Of a DNA stretch of 64,000 nt, positions 54,465 to 62,606 are shown piece after piece. This stretch comes from Gemmatimonadota bacterium (GTDB lineage: Bacteria; Gemmatimonadota; Gemmatimonadetes; Gemmatimonadales; GWC2-71-9). Position 1 is the stretch's first letter. Each line of letters starts with the position of its first letter. The DNA lies in the NCBI GenBank assembly GCA_041500125.1, contig JBGQLP010000002.1, positions 92,322 through 156,321 on the forward strand. Direction: 5' to 3'. The translations under genes were made by a program, and so were the position numbers. The notes beneath the pieces were generated by a model that saw only the letters and a program-made list of their open reading frames with translations, did not search any database and was not told the origin of the DNA.

Positions 54465-57239
54465 CCTGCAAACGCGCAGTTCTTCGCCTTCGGCCAGAAT
54501 AAGATCCAGTATCGCAAGCTGGACTGGCGGATCATTCGAGGCCCCCACGTCGATCTCTACTACTATCCGGCCGAAGCCGAGCTTGCCCCGGCCGCGTTGG
54601 CGTATGCCGAAGCCAGTTACGACACCCTTGCGGTGCAGTTCGGCCACGATGTGGCTGCCCGAATCCCGCTCATCGTCTACGCCTCCCATACCGATTTCGA
54701 GCAGACCAATGTCCTTCCGTTCACCCCCCCGGAAGGACTGCTGGGCGCTACCGATTTCATGAAGCGCAGAGTCGCGCTTCCGTTCCGCGGGAACTTCGCG
54801 GAGTTCCGCCATACTTTGCGGCACGAGATGGTGCACGTGTTCCAGCTCGACCTCCAGGCCGAGAGCTATTACCAGGCACCCCGCTCCGGCCGGTTCAGCT
54901 TTCCGCTCTGGTGGAGCGAGGGACTGGCCGAGCTCTGGTCCGCGGGTGAGGATGCCCGCGACTACATGATCCTTCGCGAGCTCACCCTCAGTGGTCGATT
55001 GCCGCCGTTTCGCCAGCTGACCTATGTGACCGGCGGAATCGTCTATCCGCTGGGAGGGAAGATTCACCGCTGGTTGGCCGACAAGTATGGCGATTGGCGG
55101 GTGGCCGTGATGTACAAGGAGCTCAACCGGTATGAGACCTTTGAGGAGGCCATTCAGGCCACCTATGGCCGATCGCTCGACCAGCTGAGTGAGGAATTCC
55201 AGCTCGCGATGCGCCGTGACTACTATCCGTCGGTGGATAGTCTGGCGCCGCTCACGATCCTCGGTCGGGAGATCACTCAGCTCGCGGTCAAACCCACCTT
55301 CGTGCCGGACACCGCCCCCAATGGTTCCGGCGAGGTGATTTACCTCTCGCCGGCCAGCGGCTACGTCACCGCGTACCGCAAGCGCTTGAGTGGCGGTAGA
55401 CCTCAGAAGGTGGTCACCGCCGGGCGGTCGGCCGATCTCGAGGCATTCCATCCTTTCGACTCGCGCATGGACGCCTCTCGTCCCGGATTTCTCTTGTTCG
55501 CTGCCCGCTATGGCGACCGGGACGCCCTGGTCGTTTGGGATCTCAAACGAGGAAAGATGGCGGGGCGATATCAGTTCGACCGGCTCGTGTCGATCCTCTC
55601 GCCTACCTGGATGCCGGATCGTCGCAGCATCGTCTTCAGTGGACTCTCGGAGAGTGGCGTTTCGGACCTCTACCGGGTGCGGCTCCCCAACGGCACGCTG
55701 GAAGCGCTCACGCACGACCGCTATCAGGACCTCGATCCCAGCCCGACCGTGGATGGCCGTCGTATCGTGTTCGCCTCCGATCGGACCGCCGGCGGGCTCG
55801 ATGGCGCGGTCAATCTTTTCATCCTGGACCTCGCCAAGGGAGGCATCCATCAGCTCACCCGCGGCAAGTGGGTGGACGAAGGTCCGTCCTGGGGACCCGA
55901 TGGGCGGGTGTACTTCACCTCGGATCGTGATGGAGTGCTGAACGTGTTTTCCACCGACACCTTGGGCGAGGGCCGGCGCGAAACTTCGGCGTGGAGCGGT
56001 GCGTTCGATGCGGTGCCGCTTCCCGATAGTAGCGGGCTGCTGGTGGGAGGATTCCACGACCTGAGCTGGAACCTGTACCGCTATCCGGTCGATACGGTCG
56101 CCCGAGCCGACCGGTTCTCCCTCGACTCCGGGTCGGCGGCAGGGCAGTGGGCCTGGGCGACTCGGTCCGACACCGCGATCGGGAAAGCCGCCGGAGAGCC
56201 GTATCGCCGGCGGCTCACGCTGGACATTGCGGCGGGCGACGCGGTCTTCGTACCCGGATATGGCAGCGCGCAGGGGGTCGCATTTCTGATGAGCGACCTG
56301 CTCGGCGACAACCTCCTATTCGGCTCGCTCGGCTCGTTTCAGGGCCGGAACCTCGGCAGTCTGGTGGACAACATCAACGCGACGGCGATCTACCTCAACC
56401 GAGCGCGGCGGCTCAACTGGGGCCTGGGCGCCTTTCGTACCAAGGGCCGCAACTTCGAAGGCGACCGCGTCGTGGCCTATGATGAGACTGCCGGAGGAGG
56501 GATCGGTCTCTTGCGTTATCCCCTCAGCCGGTTCACCCGGATCGAGGGCACCGTCGTCGTCGAGCATTCCGATCGGGTGGATTTCACGCTCCCCGTGGAT
56601 CAGCCGCGGAGGGTTGGATGGATCGCCTCGCATTTTCTGAGCTTCGTCCACGACAATTCGCTCTGGATACCGTCCGGACCTATCGACGGCGGGCGCATCA
56701 GCGTCACGGCCGGAATCTCCAGCGATTTTACCAACAGCCGGTTCGACAGCTACCTGCTGAGCGGCGACTGGCGCCGGTACTTCCGCCTCGGCTCCCGGAG
56801 CACCTACGCCGTGCGCGCGTACGGGTTCTACAGCGGAGGTGACCGCCCCAAGAGAACCAACATCGGGGGCACCACCGCCTTGCGGGGCTACCCCGAATTC
56901 GGGTACATCGTCGGTACCCGGGCCTACATGCTGAATCAGGAGGTGCGATTCCCTCTGCTGACTCACCTGACGCTGGGAACTCCGTTCGGCGACCTCGACT
57001 TTCCCGAAATTCAGGGTGGCCTGTTCATGGATGTCGGCAAGGCCCTGCTGCACTCCGACTCGGACCGTGCTCTGCTCGGGAGCTACGGTCTGAGCCTCCG
57101 TCTCGCCCTCGCCCCCCTCGCCGTACTGCGATTGGATATCGGCCGGCGATTCACCAATCGCGGCTACCAGGGCTACAGTCTCAGCGCCGAACAGCAGCAC
57201 CCCAGCTTCCTGCACTTCTTCTTCGGCTATAACTACTGA
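54411..57239 (+). CDS. Large outer-membrane protein: HExxH metallopeptidase-like N-domain, TolB/PD40-like beta-propeller, C-terminal Omp85/surface-antigen-like barrel
   Basis: Signal peptide ...SVPANA/Q. LRHEMVHVF (HExxH). Repeated PD40-like P.WSPDG..i.F.SDR units. C-terminal barrel-like region ending FFFGYNY (aromatic terminus). Confidence 0.65.
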   Translation: MGLARHLSVLFVLSVLSVPANAQFFAFGQNKIQYRKLDWRIIRGPHVDLYYYPAEAELAPAALAYAEASYDTLAVQFGHDVAARIPLIVYASHTDFEQTNVLPFTPPEGLLGATDFMKRRVALPFRGNFAEFRHTLRHEMVHVFQLDLQAESYYQAPRSGRFSFPLWWSEGLAELWSAGEDARDYMILRELTLSGRLPPFRQLTYVTGGIVYPLGGKIHRWLADKYGDWRVAVMYKELNRYETFEEAIQATYGRSLDQLSEEFQLAMRRDYYPSVDSLAPLTILGREITQLAVKPTFVPDTAPNGSGEVIYLSPASGYVTAYRKRLSGGRPQKVVTAGRSADLEAFHPFDSRMDASRPGFLLFAARYGDRDALVVWDLKRGKMAGRYQFDRLVSILSPTWMPDRRSIVFSGLSESGVSDLYRVRLPNGTLEALTHDRYQDLDPSPTVDGRRIVFASDRTAGGLDGAVNLFILDLAKGGIHQLTRGKWVDEGPSWGPDGRVYFTSDRDGVLNVFSTDTLGEGRRETSAWSGAFDAVPLPDSSGLLVGGFHDLSWNLYRYPVDTVARADRFSLDSGSAAGQWAWATRSDTAIGKAAGEPYRRRLTLDIAAGDAVFVPGYGSAQGVAFLMSDLLGDNLLFGSLGSFQGRNLGSLVDNINATAIYLNRARRLNWGLGAFRTKGRNFEGDRVVAYDETAGGGIGLLRYPLSRFTRIEGTVVVEHSDRVDFTLPVDQPRRVGWIASHFLSFVHDNSLWIPSGPIDGGRISVTAGISSDFTNSRFDSYLLSGDWRRYFRLGSRSTYAVRAYGFYSGGDRPKRTNIGGTTALRGYPEFGYIVGTRAYMLNQEVRFPLLTHLTLGTPFGDLDFPEIQGGLFMDVGKALLHSDSDRALLGSYGLSLRLALAPLAVLRLDIGRRFTNRGYQGYSLSAEQQHPSFLHFFFGYNY

Positions 57240-57943
57240 TGCGGCAATGTGTTGGGCTTGACCGCCCCATTCTCCTGGCCTATCTTGGCCTGGTCGGGGC
57301 GGGGTGCCGGAGCGCACCTGGTCCCGTCGTCCCCGCCCCGTTAGAACCGGTGACGGAAGCGCAGGTAGACCAATGGGTCGCCTCCACCATTCCCCCGGAA
57401 CGTCTGCGGCATCGATTCAAGTGGCTATTTCAGGACGAGCGTGGCAGCGCGGGTGGGAGGGGGAGTGCCCGGATCGCGCCCCCGGATTCACTGCGATTCG
57501 ATGTTGCCGGCCCGTTCGGGAGCGGCGCGGCCTCGGCAGTCGTCGTTGGCGACCAGCCGGTGTGGATGGAGCCACCGGACGCCATTGCCAAGCTGGTTCC
57601 CAATTATCCCTTAATGTGGGCGATGTTCGGAATCGCCCGGCCCCCGTCACCGGACGTGGCGTTACGGGGGCTCTCGACGGGTACAGTGACGGCGTGGCAG
57701 TACGCTGGTGCCACCGACACGATCGAATACGTCCGCACCGCCGGCCAACCCGGCCGCCTCGTTGCCCAGGTCCACCGCGCCGGCGAGCTGCTCGGTCGCG
57801 CGGAAACCACCCTGGGCCCGGACGGGGTCCCACTGAAGGCGCGGCTCACGGTGCCCAGCGGCCCGGCGCGACTCGATCTCACCTTTCTTTCGACGGCACG
57901 GGACTCCTTTGCACCTGAGATCTGGCTTCCTCGTAAGCCTTAG
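57239..57943 (+). CDS. Hypothetical lipoprotein
   Basis: Lipobox LVGAGC. ATGA overlap with the upstream stop. No other motif recognised. Confidence 0.5.
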   Translation: MRQCVGLDRPILLAYLGLVGAGCRSAPGPVVPAPLEPVTEAQVDQWVASTIPPERLRHRFKWLFQDERGSAGGRGSARIAPPDSLRFDVAGPFGSGAASAVVVGDQPVWMEPPDAIAKLVPNYPLMWAMFGIARPPSPDVALRGLSTGTVTAWQYAGATDTIEYVRTAGQPGRLVAQVHRAGELLGRAETTLGPDGVPLKARLTVPSGPARLDLTFLSTARDSFAPEIWLPRKP

Positions 57944-58409
57944 CGCGCTCGCGCTCAGCGGTTGCCTCTACGGCTTTGCCGGCGGTGGCCTGCCACCGTC
58001 CATCAAGACGGTGGCGGTCTTGCCCTTCGACAATCAGACGCCCGAGCCGACCCTGACTCAGGAGATCTCCCGGGCGGTGCGCGAGGCAGTTGAGTCGCGC
58101 CTTGGACTCCGGCAATCCACTGAGGCCAAGGCCGACGCCGTGGTGCGGGGCTCCATCACCCGGTACGAGCCCGATCTCCCGGTGGCATACCAGGGTGGAG
58201 ACAGCAGCCGGGTGACCGTCACCCAACGCGAGGTCCAGATCACCGTTTCGGTTGAGATTCTCGATCAGAAGCAGGGAAAGCCACTCTGGCAGCGCAGCGG
58301 CCTTACCGTGCGGGGCACCTACGAGCCCGGCCGGGAGGCCGACGGGCGGAGAAAGGCCCTCGACGATTTGGTGGTCAACATTGTGGAAGGGGCGCAATCC
58401 CAATGGTGA
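57909..58409 (+). CDS. lptE: LptE-like LPS-assembly lipoprotein
   Basis: TTG start. Lipobox ALALSGC followed by Y.F.G...P..IKTVAV.PF.N.T, typical of LptE-like lipoproteins. Confidence 0.55.
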   Translation: MHLRSGFLVSLSALALSGCLYGFAGGGLPPSIKTVAVLPFDNQTPEPTLTQEISRAVREAVESRLGLRQSTEAKADAVVRGSITRYEPDLPVAYQGGDSSRVTVTQREVQITVSVEILDQKQGKPLWQRSGLTVRGTYEPGREADGRRKALDDLVVNIVEGAQSQW

Positions 58410-58459
58410 GCCATTTCTTCGTCCATCGTCCCCGGGCCGAGCGGCCGCTCTAGCCCTCG

Positions 58460-59683
58460 GTGCACGATCTCTCGATTCCCCACCTCTTTCTCATTCTGGC
58501 AGCGATGCTCGTCGCGGCCAAGCTCTTTGGTGAGCTGGCCGAGCGCTTTGGACAGCCAGCGGTGCTGGGTGAACTCGTCGCTGGTGTGCTGCTCGGCGGC
58601 AGCGTGCTGGGCATCGTTCCTGCGGACGGCCCCGCGGCGGAGATCGTCCACGTGCTCGCCGAGCTGGGCGTGGTGCTCCTCCTGTTCGAGATCGGCCTCG
58701 AAACCGACCTGAAGCAGATGTTCCGGGTCGGTGCCGCTTCGCTCTCAGTGGCCACCGTCGGCGTGGTACTCCCGTTCCTGTTCGGGTTCCTCTACTGGGC
58801 TTATGCCCCGCATGCTGGGAGCGACGGAACCAGCGACCTTACTACCGCGGCTGTCTTCGTGGGGGCGACACTCACGGCCACCTCCGTCGGCATCACTGCC
58901 CGGGTGCTCTCCGATCTCGGCCGGATGCACACCCAGGAAGCCAGAATCATCATCGGGGCGGCCGTGATCGACGACGTCATCGGGCTGGTGATCCTGACTG
59001 TGGTCTCGGGCATGGCCGCCGGGACCTCTCTGGGTACTCTCGACGTTCTGCGGGTGTTCGGCATCGCAGTGGGATTTCTCGTGATTGCCGTGGTGGCTGG
59101 CAGGTTCCTGGTCCCCCGCCTTTTCGACCTCGTGGTCCGGATGCGGGTCCGTTATGTCCTCCTCGTCTTTGCCGTCGCTTTCGCCCTCAGCCTCTCCGCC
59201 GTGGCGTCGCTGGCTGGGAGTGCCCTGATCATTGGCGCGTTCGCGGCCGGAATCATTCTTTCAGGAACGAACCAGTTCGACACCATCGAGCGGGAGGTCC
59301 GGCCGGTCGCCTCGATCTTCACCCCGATCTTCTTCGTGAGTGTAGGGGCCTCGGTCAACCTTCGGCTGCTGGATCCGACGCGAGAGGGGTCTGCAGGTAT
59401 TCTTGGAGTGGCAGCGGCCATCACCGCGCTCGCCATCGTGGGCAAAGTGGCCGCGGGCTGGGCGGCACCATGGGTCAAGTTCCGGCGGCTGGTGGTCGGC
59501 GTAGGCATGGTGCCACGGGGGGAAGTAGGCCTCATCTTTGCCGACATCGGGAGGCGCTCGGGCATTCTCAATGAAGCCGTGTTTGGCGCCATTCTGCTCA
59601 TGGTAATGGCCACCACCTTCGTGGCGCCGCCGGGTCTGAAGCTACTCTTCGGTGCGTCGCCTTCCGAGTCGGGCGAGTCATGA
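58460..59683 (+). CDS. Cation:proton antiporter (CPA2/Kef-type Na+/H+ exchanger family)
   Basis: About 12 TM helices. The N-terminal LAAMLVAAKLFGELAERFGQPAVLGELVAGVLLG is the typical CPA2 start. Confidence 0.8.
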   Translation: MHDLSIPHLFLILAAMLVAAKLFGELAERFGQPAVLGELVAGVLLGGSVLGIVPADGPAAEIVHVLAELGVVLLLFEIGLETDLKQMFRVGAASLSVATVGVVLPFLFGFLYWAYAPHAGSDGTSDLTTAAVFVGATLTATSVGITARVLSDLGRMHTQEARIIIGAAVIDDVIGLVILTVVSGMAAGTSLGTLDVLRVFGIAVGFLVIAVVAGRFLVPRLFDLVVRMRVRYVLLVFAVAFALSLSAVASLAGSALIIGAFAAGIILSGTNQFDTIEREVRPVASIFTPIFFVSVGASVNLRLLDPTREGSAGILGVAAAITALAIVGKVAAGWAAPWVKFRRLVVGVGMVPRGEVGLIFADIGRRSGILNEAVFGAILLMVMATTFVAPPGLKLLFGASPSESGES

Positions 59684-60159
59684 CCGACACCCGGAGAAAG
59701 CTGCACAGCCGCTCCGAAGCCATCGCCTGGCGGGCCCGGCAAAGCGGACCCGTCGTATTCACCAACGGTGTCTTCGACTTGCTGCACCCTGGCCACGTGG
59801 AGCTTCTGGAAGCGGCCCGGCGCGAGGGAGCTGCGCTTATCGTCGGGCTCAACAGCGACGCATCGGTCCGGGGCCTGGGTAAGGGTGCCGACCGGCCGGT
59901 GACGGGAGAGGCTTCCCGGGCTCGGGTCTTGGCCGGGCTTGCCGCGGTGGACTGCGTGGTGCTCTTCGACGAAGAAACCCCGCTGGAGCTGATAAAATCC
60001 CTCACCCCCAACGTGCTGGTGAAGGGCGCCGACTACCCGCGGGAAAGCATCGTTGGGGGCGACTGGGTCGAGTCCCGCGGTGGCCGGGTCGTCCGGGTTC
60101 CGCTGGTCGGCGGCTTCTCGACATCCTCTATCGTGGAGCGTCTTCGTGCCTCGTCCTGA
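59680..60159 (+). CDS. D-glycero-beta-D-manno-heptose 1-phosphate adenylyltransferase (RfaE domain II type cytidylyltransferase)
   Basis: VFTNGVFDLLHPGHV..L..A...G..LIVGLNSD.SV is the HxGH nucleotidyltransferase motif in an RfaE-II-like context. Confidence 0.65.
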   Translation: MTDTRRKLHSRSEAIAWRARQSGPVVFTNGVFDLLHPGHVELLEAARREGAALIVGLNSDASVRGLGKGADRPVTGEASRARVLAGLAAVDCVVLFDEETPLELIKSLTPNVLVKGADYPRESIVGGDWVESRGGRVVRVPLVGGFSTSSIVERLRASS

Positions 60160-60856
60160 CGGTCGGCCGAACGATCAACTGAGGCCACTCGTTCTCGAGC
60201 GGCGGGCGAACCCCTATGCCGAAGGGTCCTGCCTCATTCGGATGGGGGGAACCCTGGTCCACTGCACAGCCAGCGTCGAGCAGGGAGTGCCTCCCTTCAA
60301 GAAAGGCACTGGGGAGGGCTGGGTTACCGCCGAGTACGCTATGCTGCCCCGCGCCACGGTCGAGCGCACCTCGCGGGAGCGGAATGGCCCCGGCGGCCGC
60401 ACCCAGGAGATTCAACGACTCATCGGACGCTCGCTCCGGGCCGCGATGGCAACCATGTCGTTCGGAGAGTTCACCATCCGTATCGACTGCGATGTGCTCC
60501 AGGCTGACGGTGGCACTCGTACCGCGGCCATCACCGGCGGCTGCGTAGCCCTCGCGGACGCGTGCGCCTGGCTGGCGCAGCGAACCACACAGCCTTCTCC
60601 TTTTGGGCAACTGGTCGCGGCGGTGTCGGTGGGAGTGGTGGAGGGCGAGCTGCGACTGGATCTGGCTTACGCGGAAGACAAGGATGCCGGGGTCGACGCC
60701 AATATCGTGATGGTGGAACCGGCCGAATTTGTGGAGGTGCAGGGAACCGGAGAGCACTCGACCTTCACCCGGGGACAGCTGGAGACACTGCTCGACCTGG
60801 CCGAGGGCGGGATAGCCGATCTCTTCCAGGCCCAGCGCAAGGTGCTTAACCAGTGA
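60146..60856 (+). CDS. rph: Ribonuclease PH
   Basis: GTG at 60146. RPDGR...QLRP, GSCLI..G.T.V.C and DCDVLQADGGTRTA motifs. Confidence 0.93.
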   Translation: MPRPDGRPNDQLRPLVLERRANPYAEGSCLIRMGGTLVHCTASVEQGVPPFKKGTGEGWVTAEYAMLPRATVERTSRERNGPGGRTQEIQRLIGRSLRAAMATMSFGEFTIRIDCDVLQADGGTRTAAITGGCVALADACAWLAQRTTQPSPFGQLVAAVSVGVVEGELRLDLAYAEDKDAGVDANIVMVEPAEFVEVQGTGEHSTFTRGQLETLLDLAEGGIADLFQAQRKVLNQ

Positions 60857-61464
60857 AGGTGTTGGCTGCCACCCGCAATGTCGGAAAGCAGCGAGAGATC
60901 CGGCGGATACTCGCTCCCGCCGGCCTGGAGATCGTGTTTCCCGATGACATCTGGCTCCGGGAGACGTCCGCGGGAGACGCGCTGGAGCAGGCGCAGAGCT
61001 TCGAGGCCAATGCCCGTCGGAAGGCCCAGTATTTCGGTCGGCTCAGCTCATTGCCCACCTTTGCTGACGATTCCGGGCTGGAGGTCTTCTCCCTCGGTGG
61101 CGCACCGGGAGTACACTCGAAGCGCTGGGCCGGCGCTAAAGGGACCCCGGACGAGGTGGATGCCGCGAACAATGCCGAGCTCCTACGTCGGTTGGCCGGA
61201 GCGCCGGAAAGACAGCGAGCGGCTCGTTATCGCTGTGTGCTGGTCTTTCTACGCACCCCCGACGCCGTACCGACCATCTGCCATGGCGACTGCACCGGCC
61301 GGATTCTAGAGACGCCGAAGGGGAGCGACGGGTTCGGCTACGATCCGCTCTTCTTTAGTGAGGAGCTGGGCAAGACCTTTGGCGAAGCCACCGCCGAGGA
61401 GAAGGACCGAGTGAGCCACCGCGGACGAGCGCTGCGGGCGCTGGCGCAGAGCCTCAAGCCCTGA
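60853..61464 (+). CDS. rdgB: Non-canonical purine NTP pyrophosphatase (RdgB/HAM1)
   Basis: ATRN.GK..E, FADDSGLEV..LGGAPGV.S.R and GFGYDP.F motifs. rph-rdgB adjacency is common. Confidence 0.9.
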   Translation: MKVLAATRNVGKQREIRRILAPAGLEIVFPDDIWLRETSAGDALEQAQSFEANARRKAQYFGRLSSLPTFADDSGLEVFSLGGAPGVHSKRWAGAKGTPDEVDAANNAELLRRLAGAPERQRAARYRCVLVFLRTPDAVPTICHGDCTGRILETPKGSDGFGYDPLFFSEELGKTFGEATAEEKDRVSHRGRALRALAQSLKP

Positions 61465-61518
61465 GCGGCTTTTGCGTCAGGGTGGGGATGCCGTTAATCT
61501 CTTGCTTCGACATCAGTG

Positions 61519-61592
61519 CGGGGTGTGGCGCAGTCCGGTAGCGCGCCTGCTTTGGGAGCAGGAGGTCCCGGGTTCAAATCCCGGCGCCCCGA
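61519..61592 (+). tRNA. tRNA-Pro (anticodon TGG)
   Basis: Manual cloverleaf: acceptor CGGGGTG/CGCCCCG, D arm GCGC-AGTCCGGTA-GCGC, anticodon arm CCTGC-TTTGGGA-GCAGG, T arm CCGGG-TTCAAAT-CCCGG. 74 nt, CCA not encoded. Confidence 0.9.
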
Positions 61593-61645
61593 TGGAAATC
61601 GACCTTGGACGACAGCGGCAGCAGGAGCCGCGGCACTTCCATCGT

Positions 61646-62389
61646 CTATCGTACCCATCCCGGGGCCTTCCACGCCTTGGGGTCGAATATGGCGGGATCC
61701 AGCTTCACATTAGCCTTTGGGTTGCTGTACTCCTCCCTGACTTTCGGTTCTCCCCCTGACAGAAAGAGCACCTCCATCCCGACCCAGCCGCCGCCCAGCC
61801 CAATGTATTTCTGGAAGCGGGTGTCGTTGGTCACCGCCGGATTCTTCTTCGATGGCTCCAGGCTCCGCACGAAGTAGAGCCGCTCGGCATCGATCCAGAA
61901 CTGCGGGCTGACGGTATCGCCGGCCTCCGCCCCCACCACGTAGGTCGCCCGTCCCTGCCAGGTGGTTTGATGCAACTTGGACAGATCGAAGTTGAGCCCC
62001 CGAAGTTTCCCAACGATCTCCGAAACCGGCGCCTCGTATACGTCGAACCCAAGCACCATCAGCGGGTGCACTAGCGGCTTGGCGTCCTTCAGTTTGCCCT
62101 GCTCGAATGCGTAGACCGAGTCGTTGCGGAAGAGGATGGTCTTCATACTGTCCAGGGGAGCCACGTCGATCCGCAACTTGCCCGGCAGTTCCAACGCCTC
62201 GTACCAGGTCTCGACCTTGCCGTCGGGGAGGGTGGTCTTCTGGGTGAATGTGAGAGTACGGTACCACTTGCCGGCGTAGCGGTCGCGCATCTGCGCGATT
62301 AGATCCTCACCATTCTTGGGCTTCGTTACTGCACCGTCCGGAAGCCCGGCGAGAGCCAGGGCACACAAAATCAATGGCAGTCGGTACAC
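61646..62389 (-). CDS. Hypothetical exported protein
   Basis: Signal peptide MYRLPLILCALALAG. Beta-rich, with no motif recognised (possibly a LolA-like fold, which is speculative). Confidence 0.5.
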   Translation of the reverse strand: MYRLPLILCALALAGLPDGAVTKPKNGEDLIAQMRDRYAGKWYRTLTFTQKTTLPDGKVETWYEALELPGKLRIDVAPLDSMKTILFRNDSVYAFEQGKLKDAKPLVHPLMVLGFDVYEAPVSEIVGKLRGLNFDLSKLHQTTWQGRATYVVGAEAGDTVSPQFWIDAERLYFVRSLEPSKKNPAVTNDTRFQKYIGLGGGWVGMEVLFLSGGEPKVREEYSNPKANVKLDPAIFDPKAWKAPGWVR

Positions 62390-62493
62390 CGGGCCTCCAG
62401 GGCAGGGATGAGGTTGGAGCGAATCCAGGCTCTACGTCCGGCATGCGCGGCTGGTTTCTCAGCCGTTATACTTGGTTGCGTTTTCTCCTCTCG

Positions 62494-62567
62494 GCGCCCG
62501 TAGCTCAGTTGGATAGAGCAACAGCCTTCTAAGCTGTGGGTCGCAGGTTCGAATCCTGCCGGGCGCA
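62494..62567 (+). tRNA. tRNA-Arg (anticodon TCT)
   Basis: Manual cloverleaf: acceptor GCGCCCG/CGGGCGC, D arm GCTC-AGTTGGATA-GAGC, anticodon arm ACAGC-CTTCTAA-GCTGT, T arm GCAGG-TTCGAAT-CCTGC. 74 nt. Confidence 0.9.
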
Positions 62568-62606
62568 TCGGTTCCTCCCCCGAGCCAGGGAACACACCAT
62601 GGACCC

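Noticed and set aside
54288-56057. 589-aa minus-strand ORF
   Set aside because: It is antisense to the large OMP gene, which has a signal peptide, HExxH and PD40 motifs. The antisense product has no features.
62444-62472. TATACT box upstream of tRNA-Arg, considered as a promoter
   Set aside because: No convincing -35 element is present at 16-18 nt spacing, so it was not called.
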